This document shows, one piece after another, positions 44,437-57,850 of a DNA stretch of 64,000 nucleotides. Position numbers and translations under genes: made by a program. The notes under the pieces are model-generated. The model saw nothing but the letters and a program-made list of their open reading frames with translations. It was not told the origin of the DNA and made no database searches. Source of the DNA: Eledone cirrhosa (taxonomy: Eukaryota); contig OZ024742.1 of the NCBI GenBank assembly GCA_964016885.1, positions 126,666,001 to 126,730,000 on the forward strand. Direction: 5' to 3'. Every line of letters starts with the position of its first letter. Position 1 is the first letter of the stretch.

Positions 44437-44479
44437 ATATATATATATGTGTGTGTATATATGTGGTATTAGATCTCCC

Positions 44480-44800
44480 TTGTTTCCGCCGACAAGTTCT
44501 ACAGTTGATTCAATTAAAGGAACTGCCAGCTCATGAAGTTAACGCGTATGTGGATGAGCATTCTACAAACACTTGCATCCTTCACATAGTTCTCATGGAA
44601 ATTCAGCCTGATTGATACAATGTGTGAAAAGGTTGGGATCTTGTATTATAGATGGAACTCATTTTTGCCAGCTGTCTGAACTAGAACAACATGAAATATA
44701 GCATCTTATTCAAGGACATAGAGTGCTGCCCAGTCTAGGAATTGAACTCGCGAGCTTATGATCGAGAGCGGAACACCCTAACCCCTAATCTATATGCCTT
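44480..44800 (-). mobile_element. SINE with family B head and family C tail
   Basis: Right part resembles B head and body, left part matches the 9128 block. Confidence 0.65.
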
Positions 44801-44955
44801 CACACATGTAAATACATACACACACATAGAGGTAACAAACAAAAGAAAAGCATTCTAATGGTCCTAACTTAAATTATCAACGTAAAAGAAAACAAGGACG
44901 AGCAGAAAAATTGGATAGAGCGACAGACTCTACATCTCAGAAATAGCAGTCTGTT

Positions 44956-45395
44956 TCATCTGCTCCCCACTGACAAAATAGCGAAGGCTTCGTCGTAGAG
45001 AATGACCAGAGACATCTCCTGCAACAGACACTCCACCTCATGATGGCCCCTTTCCCAGATGGGCGGCTATTCTTCCGATTTTACAGAGGAAATCAGCGGC
45101 TCGGGAACGGAAGACACTCGAGGTCTAAACGTTGCCCAGCTCGAAAAGGAAACGGTCGGTTAAACTCCGAAATTTGATTATGTTCCTCTCCTCTACATTG
45201 CAGGTAGTGGTGCTTGGGCTGGCAGCCGAAGCGGCAAAGTTGCAGGCGGAGAACGAGTCGTAGCACTTAGCGTCCCAGATTAGAGATTAATCTCCCTCTA
45301 ATGGGAAAAGAGGTATTTCATCTGGGCGCTTACCACGGTCGAGGCCAGCTGGCTCCAGTTGTAATGGGAATCCAGCTGCGTCGATATATTAGTGT
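44956..45395 (-). pseudogene. CRE-like restriction-like endonuclease fragment
   Basis: AAGFPLQLEPAGLDRGKRPDEIPLFP...SLIWDAKCYDSFSA...EVECLLQEMSLVILYDEAFAILSVG with stops and frameshift. Confidence 0.8.
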
Positions 45396-45399
45396 CTTT

Positions 45400-45541
45400 A
45401 AAGGTGTCAGTCAACATGGCCGCCTGCAGATGCGAGCTCCTCGAGGTGAAGCGGCTGTTCCAGAGCATCTCCCTCGCCGTCCTCCGGAACAATGCACTCT
45501 CCATCCTGTCAGCCGGGATCCAAGGGAGGAGGATAAGTTAG
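45400..45541 (+). pseudogene. CRE-like C-terminal fragment (second subfamily)
   Basis: CRCELLEVKRLFQSISLAVLRNNALSILSAG, close to the 53024 copy. Confidence 0.75.
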
Positions 45542-46056
45542 TTGGTATTGGGGGATACTCGTTCAGGCGTCGCTTTCACACATGTATTGAATGCCATTTT
45601 AACTTGTTGCATCTCAATTTATAGAACAACATTTATTGAAACGATCTCACCAGTTGTGTTAAGCTCCGTGTTTATCCCAAGGAGAAATGGTGGAAACTTC
45701 ATGGAACTTACCTACAATAGAAGAAAAGAAAAAAGAGAATATAAGTAATGGTTCATGCAGAGATTCTTACATACATATGTATGCACACACACACAAGCAT
45801 GCATCTACAGACATGTACATACACACATTATAAATATATATACATATATACACCCATGAAGAAAATATTTACTATAAGCACGGATTACAAGTTTAAACAA
45901 ACAATTTCTGCGTTTACACTTCCGAAACAAAGATATATCAATCTGTGAACACAGATATATATATATACTTTCTAAAAAATCCTGGAGGCTCCAGAATTTT
46001 TGTTAGCTCGTTTAGTTTTGTCCGTCTCGCCAAATTACGTAATTCGCTCTCATTTA

Positions 46057-46445
46057 TGTGGCTTCCCGCCACAACTGGAGCCAATAGGCCTCGACTGTGG
46101 TGGCGGTAAGCGCCCCGGCGAAGTTACCCTCTTCCTCTTCGAAGAAGGTAGTAAATCTCTCATATGGGATGCGACATGCTGTGACACGTTCTCCGCCGCC
46201 AACATACGACGGCTCACAACGCAGAGGACAGGAAGACAAGCAAATATCGAAGCTTGTCCGGCCGCTTCCTCTCTGCACCGGTCACCGTCGGGGCCCCAGG
46301 TGTCATTGGATCCCGGACAGCTGATCTCCTCCATAAAATCGGATCGATAGCAGTCCGTTTGAGGATCAGGCCCGCGAGCTGGGGTGGCTGTTGCAGCGTG
46401 TGTCGTTGGCCATTTTCCGCGGAAATTTTGTCGGCGGAGCTCAGC
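46057..46445 (+). pseudogene. CRE-like restriction-like endonuclease fragment
   Basis: GFPPQLEPIGLDCGGGKRPGEVTLFLF...SLIWDATCCDTFSA...ELGWLLQRVSLAIFRGN, frameshifted. Confidence 0.8.
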
Positions 46446-46694
46446 CAAAACATTTCTCCTCTTCCCCCTTTCTTTCCTCTTTTGTCTAGTTTTCCTTGTT
46501 CTTCCCCTCGTTTTCCTCCCATTTAATGCCATTTATAGTGCTTTCCAATACTGCTTTCTTTTTCTGAATGTTTAACCAAATAAAAATTTCGCTTAGAAAA
46601 AAAAAGAAAAATTATTCTCTCTGCGTACAAATAGCTGTAACTTAATTGAACATTTCCACATGTTGCTAAACCACGGCGCTTTCCCAACTAATAA

Positions 46695-46911
46695 TGGTTT
46701 CTTATATAAGCACAAGGCTAGCAATTTTGGGGGAGGGGAAAGCCGATTAAATCGAACCCAGTGCGTGACTGGTACTTTATTTTATCGACCCCGTAAGGAT
46801 GAAAGGCAAAGTTAACTTCGGCGAGATTTGAACTCAGATCATAAAGGGCCGTAACTCTATGCTGAAAAGCATGGCGTCCGACCCTCTACCGATACTGTCA
46901 ATCCACCGCCC
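46695..46911 (-). mobile_element. SINE family A, full length
   Basis: Reverse complement of the family consensus. Confidence 0.9.
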
Positions 46912-47232
46912 TAAAATAATAATAATAATTATTATTATTATTATTATTATTATAATGATGATGATGATGATAGCAACAACAATAATAATTTCTATTATGA
47001 TACGAGTTTCGAAATATGTTTGTATATCGCCTGAGGCTTTCTTCCGTGGACAGGAAAATGACTTTACCATCGAAACAATTAAAACAATCATTATACATTT
47101 TTGTTAATAGCAAATTGGATGATAATTAATCTCCAGTCACTAATTAAACCTTACTAAAATAAATCATTTACCAATAAATACACATGAGGTTTAAAAGAGA
47201 GGCAAAGAAAGCATGTGTGTGTGTGAGTGAGT

Positions 47233-47281
<49 letters not shown>

Positions 47282-47461
47282 TGACATATACATACATTTC
47301 CAAATAAATGTCAAGTTAGTTAATAAAAAAATAAAGGCAAAAGAATAGGTCAGTGTTATGTGGTGGCAGAATTTAATTTGATAATAGTTTCAGCAAGACC
47401 AAATCAAACTTCACGAGTGATTAGTCTCGTATAAAACTGGTAATAGGCCAGAAAAACGATA

Positions 47462-47684
47462 AAGTTTTGTTTACATATATTTATGGTTGTATAGAGAATT
47501 GACCTGTTACGCGCGTTTCGCAGATGATTGGCTTAAGTTTAACAATCGACCTAACTACAGCACCGATATACTCACCAGATTAGTGACTAAAAAAAAACAA
47601 AAAAACGTGTTTGAGCCAATCATCTGTGAAACGTGCGTATCAGGTCGATCCTGAATAAAAACATAAATACATGTAAACGAAACT
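47462..47684 (-). mobile_element. Fold-back element with degenerate long-stem-II hammerhead
   Basis: Arms 47462-47536 / 47611-47684; minus strand CTGGTGA...ATCTGC-GAAA-CGCGCG-TA. Confidence 0.6.
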
Positions 47685-47782
47685 TCGTTTTTTTTCTTAT
47701 TATATACACTCTGCCTGTGCATCGAGATCTAGGTCATATTGGTACCATCACTGAATCACATAAACTTTATCTCTCTCTCTCG

Positions 47783-47819
<37 letters not shown>

Positions 47820-47823
<4 letters not shown>

Positions 47824-47888
47824 ATCATCAAGTATGAAATTTGTAGAAATTCGTTTTGTTTCTACAAATTTCATACTTGGCGATACAA
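47820..47888. repeat. 30-bp-arm hairpin between (TA)n tracts
   Basis: TTGTATCATCAAGTATGAAATTTGTAGAAA / TTTCTACAAATTTCATACTTGGCGATACAA. Confidence 0.9.
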
Positions 47889-48034
47889 TATATATATATA
47901 TATATATATACAGCAACCCTCCCCAACTGAATGTGCTAATAGGCGCAGCTCATTTAAAAACAAGCATCAAGTATTTTAGTAATCAGGCACATAGAGACAC
48001 GCGTGGAAAAGTATACAACACAGATTCGAATGCA

Positions 48035-48084
48035 ACTTTGAAGATGAAACTTGGAAAAGGTAGCCATAGCTGAAACCGGTCAGT
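48035..48084 (+). ncRNA. Degenerate hammerhead
   Basis: ACT-TTGAAGA...GCT-GAAA-CCGG-TC-AGT; C3 replaced by T, stem II poor; shares GCTGAAACCGGT with 13140. Confidence 0.45.
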
Positions 48085-48231
48085 ACAAAAACAAATGAGA
48101 TGACTAGGATTATTTTTGCGAGTCCCATTTTTGTTATCTATATATATTAGTTTATATGAAATAATTTCCTTTCGTTGTGTATATATATAAAAGAACAATA
48201 GGTGCATCTTCAACTCAATTATTATTATCAT

Positions 48232-48278
<47 letters not shown>

Positions 48279-48944
48279 CAGGAGAGTAGCAACGCTCAAG
48301 GATACAACACGCCAGTCGGTTCAGGAATTGAATCGTCGACCTTATGAACGTAAGTCAATAATTCTAATGATGTATGTATGTATGTATTTATGTGTGTATG
48401 CATGTATGTATGTATGCATGTATGTATGTGTATAGATTACGTGTATGTATTTTTAGTGTAAATGATATACAAACAAGAAAGAGAAAAGAATATAAAAACT
48501 AGGATTTTGTGTAAAAAACCCTCGAATAAACGTAAACCCAATCCAACTGGCCCCACTGACCCCCCCCCCCCCCCCACACACACACTGGTCCGGGTTTGAT
48601 GGAGTAAGTTGAAACCCGACGATACAATATATATATATGTATATAAAGCAACCCTCCCCAACTGAATGTGCTAATAGGCGCAGCCCATTTAACATCAAGC
48701 ATCAAGTATTTTAGTAAGAGAGTGTTAGTAAGGATTTGTCAATATGGATGCTTGGAGAGAGGGTTTGATAAAATCAGTTGCCATTGACAGAAGTTTCTAA
48801 CTCTTTGGCTTTCTGACGTTCACCTAAGAGTGATGACGATATTACCTATGATGTCTACACACAAACAATATACTATACGTCGACCGGATATAAATTAATA
48901 GCGGTTCTTTTTGCTATAATCTATCTATCTATCTGTCTGTCTAC

Positions 48945-49188
48945 CTGTAGGTTGAATATGAGAGCAAAAGGTGGAAAGGAGCACTTGCACAACACACTCC
49001 TGGAGTTGAGGGTTGTTATATCTACGGGGTATTAAACAACCCATTTGTAACCCCTCCCCCACTATTGGGGATTTCGATTGTTGAATTTGTTTCTTTAAAA
49101 TTTTTTACACGATTTTATGTAAAATCCCCGGCATATGTCCTTGTATTGTCCCCTTTTCTTGTGCGCTCTTGTGGCAAATAAAGAAATG

Positions 49189-49190
<2 letters not shown>
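48945..49190 (+). mobile_element. Probable non-LTR 3' UTR inserted in (TATC)n
   Basis: Unique segment ending in AATAAAGAAAT, (TATC)n on both sides. Confidence 0.4.
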
Positions 49191-49219
<29 letters not shown>

Positions 49220-49727
49220 TTCCCTCTCTATATCTCTCTCTATATATATGTGTATCTGTGTGTGTGCGTGTGTGTGTATGTATGTCAGTGTGTGTGAGTG
49301 TATTACTACAGTATAACAAGCGTTAAACTAATATATACCTCTATATATTTGTGCACGCAGTCACTTATACAAATACAATATCTATTCTGGTATATCACAC
49401 ACACACGTGGAAAATAGGCGTTAAACGATGATGATGATATACACAAGTGTATGTATATGTATATATGTATGTGTGTGAGTGGGGACGTGTATGTGGCAAA
49501 TTCCCTGACATGTATTTAAAGAATGTGAAGTCTGCATGGTAATATGCGATATTTGGGACGTGAACTTTATTTCGAAAACACTGACTACATTTTGCGTATG
49601 CGCTCCTGTCTCTAACACGCACACATACATAACTATATCATATATAAACACATACACTTACACTCACTCACACACACACACACACGCATATATATATATA
49701 TATATATATACATACAGTTCTCTCTCT

Positions 49728-49804
<77 letters not shown>

Positions 49805-50569
49805 TACACCTCCTGCGTATATACTTCCTGCGTCGAAGTTTTTAAATGAAATTTTAAACGTTGATCAAGGAAAAATTCAAAAAGGCCAGTGAGAGATATT
49901 TTCTGCTGGTTTGAATAGCAGCACAATTTTCAGAAACTTTTACTCACTATAATTTAGATGTGACCAACTAAATGTTTGATCAACATCCTCTCCTTGATTC
50001 TCTCTGTAAACACACACATCCCTCCCCGACACATGCACACACAGGCACCCACGCTTAAATCTATGAAGGTGTTGGACGTGGCTAGCTGGTTCGTTCCCTC
50101 ACAAACTTTTGACAACTGAATGTTTATCAGAACTTCATGCTGTAAAGGATGGGAAAAGAACTGCTATTCAGATCGGACCAAAAAATCTATGTCCAATTGT
50201 TTTTCCATTGAAAATATTGTTTGTCGGTCGCAATTCCTGACAGAAGGAGGCGAGATTTGAAATTTAAACGCCGAAAGTCGTATCAAAAACCACAATGCAG
50301 CATATCCGACTATTTTAATAATTTCACTAATTCACTACCTCTGGACTGGTCTTTTTATTTATTGAGCTCCTAATGTAAAAAGTCTGAAGAAATACTGGCG
50401 CCTTAACAATTTTGCAAATTCGCCATAAAACATTACGTTTTTTGCACCATTGGGGAGGAGGAGGAGATTAAGGGCCGGTCTTTAATTCTTGCTTTTTTGC
50501 GTTATTTAGTTACGGTCCTTTACAATCTACGGTTAGCGTAACTTTTTATCTTTCTGAAGGATAAAATAT

Positions 50570-50770
50570 AATTGTTTCTACTGTTGGCACAAGGCCAGCA
50601 ATTATGCCAGTGTATTAGTGGTACTTTATTTTATCGACCCCATAAGGACGAAAGGCAAAGTTAACCTCGGCGGGATTTGAACTCAGATCGTAAAGGGCCG
50701 CAACTCTATGCTGAAAAGCATGGCGTCTGACCTTCCTGTCAATCCGACCCTCCTGCCAATCCGACTCTCC
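50570..50770 (-). mobile_element. SINE family A
   Basis: Similarity to the family. Confidence 0.85.
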
Positions 50771-51569
50771 AGCCAATCCTTGGTTTCATATTCTTATAGC
50801 ATATCCTACATGTGAATAGAAATATAACAAAAGAGAAGGAGGAGAACTAGGGAACCAAAACGTCACAACTGCCAACAATGAAATATAATTTCCTCCTTTT
50901 TAAAAATATCCTGATAATATACAAACGAACATTTAAACTATACGGAGGATTGTAGCACGTCATATTTCTACTTTCTTCTCTTTCTTTGGAGGTGCTGGTG
51001 GTGGAGGAAGTGATATCAACAACAAAAGCAACAATAATAATGATAATAATAATAACAACAACATAATTCCCTCCATTACACTGTGTCCCCCAAACATCGG
51101 AAACAACCCCACCAATATTCCATCCCCTATATACACATCCACACCTCGCCCACACCACACTAGCGGAAATGTTCTGCTTTATTGAGATGTTCACACCAGA
51201 TTACACAGTTTTTTCTCTCTCTTCAGAAACAATTTAATCATTCGCTATATCATACTCGCACATATATTCACACACACACAACGAATACACCACTATTACC
51301 ACCACTAGTACTACCACTACCATTACCATTAGCACTACCACCATCGCTAGCACCATCAGCACCAACCTACCATTACCACTACCACTACCATCATCACCAA
51401 CCTACCACTACCACTACCATCGCCACTACCACCATCACTAGCACCATCATCAACAATTTTACCTCTCCCAACAACAATTGCAGCACTAACACCAGCAGTC
51501 CCATCATCACCATCACCCCACTATATTGTGTACTACCATCACTATCACCTTCATCATCACAACAACAAT

Positions 51570-51737
51570 TCTTTCTACTTTTGGCACAAGGCCAGCAATT
51601 ATCTTAGTGTATTACTGGTACTTTATTTTATCGACCCCGTAAGGATGAAAGGCAAAATTAACCTCGGCGGGATTTGAACTCAGACCATAAAGGGTCGTAA
51701 CTCTTTGCTACAAAGCATGGCGTCCGACCCTCTACCG
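51570..51737 (-). mobile_element. SINE family A
   Basis: Similarity to the family. Confidence 0.85.
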
Positions 51738-52314
51738 CAACAATAAAAAGACAAACAACACAAGAACAATAGCAACCATATATAAAACGTTAGAGGAAAT
51801 ATATTGTCTTATTTAGTTGCGGCTCTTGACGAGGTGAGTCTGGATCCCGCTGATATCAACGTTACCTTTCCTCCTTTAGGGATCGATACACTAAGGTACC
51901 AATCATGAATTAGGGCAGATTTTATCGACTAACTTCTCAGCCAACACATTGCGGGCCTTGTGCCTGGTCGGTGTAAATGTCCCGTGGTATTTAGTTACAG
52001 ACCTTTCCGTTCTGAGTTCAAATCCCGCCGAGGTTTGCATTACCTCTCATCCTTCGTAGATGGTTTGCATTACCCACCATCCTTTTATTAATAAAATAAA
52101 ATACTCATAAAGTGCTGGGGTCGATTACATCGACCCCCCCGCCCTTTTAATTACTGGCCTTGTGCCTAAATTAGAAATCATTATTTTCGTCTCCCTGTTT
52201 TACGAATGTGTGTGTGCAATCAATAGAACACTTGTGAAGTATTTAGTGCAGAAGGGGTGTGGGTAAAGGAATGATGAGTATGTATAGAAGAACTGAACCT
52301 AATAATTTGCATAA

Positions 52315-52685
52315 TTTGCATAATTTTAGTGCTTATGATGGTAGTTTATTCAATTATATGTATTTGTGCACTAAACTGTATATTATAAATTCATATCTTT
52401 ACAAGCTACGGGATATTTACTGAAGACCAGAGAAATGTATATGTAGAGACATATTTTTTATGTTTAAGTATGTAAACGTGCTTTATTTACGAATTTTTCC
52501 GCAGAATGAAAAATGTTAACATCTTAAACATAAGAAATATGTATCAACATACACAATTCTCGCAGTCGCGGTTAAAAGACAGTGCTATTTGTATAGATAT
52601 GAATTTATAATACATTTTAGTTGCTTAGTACACAATATAATATGTAATTGAATTAATAACCATCGTAAGCACTAACATTATGCAT
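52315..52685. mobile_element. Diverged long inverted repeat (MITE or fold-back)
   Basis: TTAGTGCTTATGATGG / CCATCGTAAGCACTAA, TATTATAAATTCATATCT / AGATATGAATTTATAATA, TTATGTTTAAG / CTTAAACATAA. Confidence 0.7.
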
Positions 52686-52717
52686 TTTGGTAGGAATATA
52701 TAGCATTTGTAAACGGG

Positions 52718-52860
52718 TATGGCGTAGTGGTTAGAGAAGTGGATCCGCAATTGTGAGGTTACGAGTTCGATTCCAGGAGTGGGTGGTGCGTTATGTCATT
52801 GAACAAGAGACTTTATTTCACGTTGCTCTTTCTGCCTGGTGTGGCGACCGGCAGATAGTA
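52718..52860 (+). mobile_element. SINE family B
   Basis: TGGCGTAGTGG A-box, GAGTTCGATTCC B-box; its tail appears to resume at about 53540. Confidence 0.8.
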
Positions 52861-52932
52861 ACGACACTGGGAGCATTTAGAACTCAAAGCATAACCTAAA
52901 CATAAATGTATATATATATATATATATGGACG

Positions 52933-52984
<52 letters not shown>

Positions 52985-53023
52985 CATTGGAACATCTGAC
53001 TGATAAAATGACAAGTCAGTCAA

Positions 53024-53540
53024 TCATAGTGGTGGCCTCCCCACAGCCCCGGCGGACAGAATTGAAAAGGCGTTTCCCCGGGGGGCGGCAAGGGAGACGC
53101 GCTGGAAAAGCCATTCCAGCTCGCAAGGCTCACACCTGCGGTTGGCCAGCTCAGCGCCTATGGTGGTGAGTAGAGAAGTAGCCCTAGGGCCGAAGACACC
53201 AGAAGTCTCCACTGCCAAGGGTACAACCGCAAACCTGTCGGAGAGCGACCCGTATTTGAAGAGTTTGGCCCCCTCAGCCCGACGTGCAGCAGAACCTGGG
53301 TTAATCGCAGACTGCACCAGGTCGCGGCTGGAGAATGTGTCGCTGCAAGTGGCATCCCAGACGAGGGGTTTGCCACCGCGGAACGGGAAGATGGTCATGC
53401 CATCTGGCCTTTTGCCGTCCTCTCGGTCCAGCTCCACCGGCTCGAGCTGGGAAGGGAAGCCTGCAGCGTCCAAGCCATGCTTTATGACCTCGTTGAGGGC
53501 AGCATGGCGTGGAAGGCGGCCGGCACTGTGGCGACAGGAT
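53024..53540 (-). pseudogene. CRE-like non-LTR C-terminus (end of zinc knuckle plus restriction-like endonuclease), open frame, 5'-truncated
   Basis: SCRHSAGRLPRHAALNEVIKHGLDAAGFPSQLEPVELDREDGKRPDGMTIFPFRGGKPLVWDATCSDTF...VPLAVETSGVFG...QRVSLAAPRGNA; RH..LN, RPD and WD motifs. Confidence 0.9.
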
Positions 53541-53666
53541 TGTTTCCTTGGTTCGATTTGACAAGTTCTTCCCCACTCAGTAAGAGAATGAGTTCTTGTC
53601 GATCGTCTAGGAAAGAGAATATAGCTTTTGCTTGCAATTTCTTCGAGGTTTGAGTAGGACGTAGAC

Positions 53667-53712
53667 AGTTTCTGACGAAGATCTCAATAAACAGCGAAAC
53701 TCGAGTCAAGCT
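53667..53712 (+). ncRNA. Minimal hammerhead ribozyme, stem II decayed
   Basis: AGTTT-CTGACGA-AGATCTCAATAAACAGC-GAAA-CTCGAG-TC-AAGCT; GUC cleavage triplet. Confidence 0.7.
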
Positions 53713-53739
53713 TTTCATCTTGTATATATGTGCATATAC

Positions 53740-53980
53740 GTGTGTTTGTGTGAATGCGTGTGTGTGAGTATGTGTGTGTGAGTATGTGTGTGAGTATGTG
53801 TGTGTGAGTATGTGTGTGAGTGAATGTGTGTGTGTGAATGTGTGTGTGTGAATGTGTGTGTGTGAGCATGTGTGTGTGTCTGTGAGTATGTGTGTGAGCA
53901 TGTGTGTGAGTATGTGTGTGTGTGTGAATGTGTGTGTGTGAATGTGTGTGTGTGAATGTGTGTGTGTGAGTATGTGTGTG
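53740..53980. repeat. (TG)n punctuated by GAGTA/GAA
   Basis: Direct reading. Confidence 0.9.
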
Positions 53981-54107
53981 CTGTAAGGAAAGCCTCCGTT
54001 TGAAAGTGATTAGCAACACTGGAATGGCATGCATTTATGGTACAGTAACAAAACATGATTGATGAAGAGAACGACAATCACGACATCAGCTCACAATTAT
54101 ACATAGA

Positions 54108-54612
54108 CACCACCACCACCACCACCGCCAGCACCACCGCCACCACCACCACCACTATCAACACCAACATGCCGCCGCCGCCACCATCAACACCACGACC
54201 ACCACCATCAACACTACCACCACCAACACCATCATCAACACCACCACCACCATCAACACCGCCAACACCACCGCCGCCACCACCATCAACACCACCAGCA
54301 CCACAACTATCAACACCACCACCACCATCAACACCGCCAACACCACCGCCAACACCACCGCCGCCACCATCACCACCACTATCAACACCACCACCATCAA
54401 TACTACCACCACCACCATCATCAACACAACCACCACCACCACTATCAACACCACCACCATCACCACTACTACCACCACCATCATCAACACCACCACCGCC
54501 ACAACCGCCACCACCACCACCGCCACCACTACTACCACAACCACCGCCACCACTACCACTACCACCACCACCACCACCACCACCACCACCGCCACCACTA
54601 CTACTACCACCA
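54108..54612. repeat. Degenerate (CCA)n tract
   Basis: Direct reading. Confidence 0.9.
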
Positions 54613-55387
54613 ATTCTAATGTACATAGGTATATATATAGAGATATATATATGCAGATATGCATATTCATATAAACATATATACCTAAATATACATATCC
54701 ACATAAGGTATACAACCACCATTAATGTACACAGATACACACACACACATACACACACACGTGTGTGTATGTGTGTGTGTATGCGAGAAGTAAACGGAAA
54801 CAACAAAGCAAACAGTAAAATACAGTAAAATTAAGAAATATATTAGTTTAATGTTTATATATGCAGATATATAGACATACACAGATATATAATACCCTTC
54901 TATGTACACGCACACACGCGCAGACACACACACACACACACACACAGTACACACAGAGTACTACGTGCACAAACATAATTATGCATACAAACACGGAATC
55001 ACAGAAACAAACACACACACACACACACACACACACAGGATCCCTTACACACACACATGAAATCACTGAATTCCTTACACATACACATATAGACATTTAA
55101 AGAATAGCATACAGGCGCGCGCACAAACACACGCACGCGTGCATGTGCACACACACACACACACACACACAGACAGACAGATGTTCCCAGAACACCATGT
55201 TGCGCACGTCCCACCTCCATTCCACTCATACCTGTCACAAGTGACAACCTCCCCACACTACACATCCCCACACCACACCTCCCTGTCCTTACCACCCCAG
55301 ATCTCTGCAAAGTCCCCATCATCTACCTACAGCATCTCTATCGACCCCACCTACTTAACTACATACCTCGCTTTACTTTATGAGTCG

Positions 55388-56305
55388 GCACCACCAAGAA
55401 CCACTACTATAACCACCACTGTCACAATTCTACCCATCATAACTACCACCACCACCACCACCACCACCACCACCACCACCACCACCATCTCCCCACCACC
55501 AAGAACCACTACTACAACTACCACTGTTACAATTCTACCACCAACACCACCACCACCACCACCACAACTATTACCATCACGAAAGCAGTCTGATTACCAT
55601 TACCACTGCCACTACCATCACCACCATTCCTACCATTATAGTTATACCATAGCTGCTACCAGCATAACTACTACTAACACTACAACAATTACTATCACCA
55701 CCACAACCCATACCGTCTCTACCACCACAACCAACACCATCTCCACCACCACAACCACCACCATCTCTACCACCACAACCACCATCATCTCCACCACCAT
55801 CTCCACCACCACCACCACAACCAACACCATCTCCACCCCCACAACCAACGCCATCTCCACCACCACAACCAACACCATCTCCACCTCCACAACCAACACC
55901 ATATCCACTACCATCTCCACCCCCACAACCAACGCCATCTCCACCACCGCTACCACAACTATCACTACCACCGCCACCACCACCACAACCAATACTATAT
56001 CCACCACCATCTCCACCACCACCGCCACAACTAACACCCTCTCCACCACCACCAGCACCACCAATACTATATCCACCACCACAACCAACACCCTCTCCAC
56101 CACCACCACCAGCACCACCAATACTATATCCACCACCACAACTAACACCCTCTCCACCACCACCAGCACCACCAATACTATATCCACCACCACAACCAAC
56201 ACCATCTCCACCACCACAACCACCACCACCACCATTACCCTACTACATACTTTCCAAACAGTCACCATCGACAACAACTATAACAACAACAACAACAACA
56301 AAAAC
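55388..56305. repeat. Degenerate (ACC)n tract with about 24-bp sub-repeats (ACAACCAACACCATCTCCACCACC)
   Basis: Direct reading. Confidence 0.9.
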
Positions 56306-57069
56306 AATCTATGACATCCTGACAAACTTTGAAGGGGAAAAGACAAGATGTAAGGTGGACTGGGGGTAGGGAGAAGAAAGGAAAAGATGGAAAAGAATGG
56401 TCTCCTGGGGAAGTCTTTTAAAATGTATTTCCGACAGCACGGATGACATCATGGAGAGAGAGAGAGTGAGAGAGAGAGAGAGGGGGGATGAGAGAGAAAG
56501 ATATTGAGGGAAAGAGAAAGAGAGAGAGAGAGAGAAAAGATGCGTGTACGACTGATGGTGTTGGTGGAGGAGAATGATTACATTGAGAGGAGGGAGAGAG
56601 AGACTGGGGAGAGATAGAGAGTGAGGGGGAAGTATGGAGAAGAGGGTGGGAGAAATAGTGAGACAGAAATAAAAGAGAAGAGATTGAGAAAGTGAAAGAG
56701 AGAGAGTGGAGTAGAGAGGTGAACAAATTGAAAGGTGTACAATGAGAAACACATACAGAGGAAGAGTGAGAAAGAGAGAAAGAAATAAGAGAGTGAGAAA
56801 GAGAGAGAGAGTGTGTGTGTGTGAAAGAGAGAGTGAGAAAGAGAGAGAAAGAGAGAGAGAGTGTGTGTGTGTGAAAGAGAGAGTGAGAAAGAGAGAGAAA
56901 GAGAGAGAGAGAGAGAGGAGGAGGAGGGAGGGGGGAGGGGGCAATAAAATGTAAGAGGTAATAAATAGCAACAGACATATGAAGTATTATTGATATTTGT
57001 ATTAACTTGATAGAAAAAGAAAGAATTTCGAGACGTTTTCGTCGTTCGAAATGGAAGGAAAGCTCACGA

Positions 57070-57380
57070 TTTCTCCCAGTCTCAAATATAGTTTGTCTGG
57101 AACCCTGAGGCTCATCAAGCAGGTGTTTAGGTGTTTATCCCCAGTTTCCGTGACCGTGACGTGAAGTGACTGGGGGTACAGCACTCCCCCACTGGACAAG
57201 AAGGCCAGTCCATCGCAGGGTTAAACCCTCAGTTACTGCTGTTACTCATTTTTAGCTGACTATACTGGAGTAACGGTAATGAAGTCTTTCGCTTAAGAAT
57301 ACCATAACCCAGGTCAGGAATCGAAACCACGACATTACGATTGGAAGTCCAACACCCTAACCACTAGAACACGCGCCTCC
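57070..57380 (-). mobile_element. SINE with family B-like head and a different tail
   Basis: tRNA head at right; tail includes CTGGACAAGAAGGCCAGTCCATCGCAGGGTT. Confidence 0.75.
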
Positions 57381-57452
57381 ATCAATTTCTTTCAGAAAGA
57401 AAGTGTTACAGAGAAACAGAGGAATAACCGATCTCATTATTTGATTGGTATA

Positions 57453-57850
57453 GGACGGTGGATTGGCAGTATCGGTAGAGAATCGGACACCATGCTTTGC
57501 AGCATAAAGTTACGGTCCTTTACGATCTGAGTTCAAATCCCGCCGAAGTTAATTTTTCCTTTCATCCTTACGAGGTCGATTTAATCGACTTTCCCCTCCT
57601 CCCAAATTACTGGCCTTGTGCCTATAATAGAAATCCAATACAAACATTATTTGATTAGTATTAGGGCGGTGAATTGGCAGTATCGGTAGAGGGTTGGACG
57701 CCATGCTTTCTAGCATAATTACGTCCCTTTACAGTCTGAGTTCAAATCCCGCCGAGGTTAACTTTGCCTTTCATCCTTACGGGGTCGATAAAATAAAGTA
57801 CCAGTAATGTACTGGATATTTGCTGGCCTTGTGCCTAAAGTAGAAACAAT
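57453..57850 (+). mobile_element. Two tandem SINE family A copies with shared target duplications
   Basis: 57453-57640 and 57664-57848; ATTATTTGATT(A/G)GTAT at 57436, 57646, 57849. Confidence 0.9.

Noticed and set aside
52416-52448. Hammerhead-like CTGAAGA-CCAGA-GAAA-TGTATA-TG
   Set aside because: No stem II possible and G at the cleavage position; may be chance
53024-53473. Stand-alone nuclease gene
   Set aside because: Frame continues upstream of the listed start and is cut inside the zinc knuckle; it is a 5'-truncated retroelement end
54055-54828. Proline-rich extensin/formin-like ORF
   Set aside because: Degenerate (CCA)n running into TA/CA microsatellite; similar tracts occur on both strands throughout the window
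55139-56314. 391-aa Thr-rich mucin-like ORF
   Set aside because: (ACC)n-derived, starts in a (CA)n tract, no signal peptide or folded domain; an exon cannot be fully excluded without RNA data
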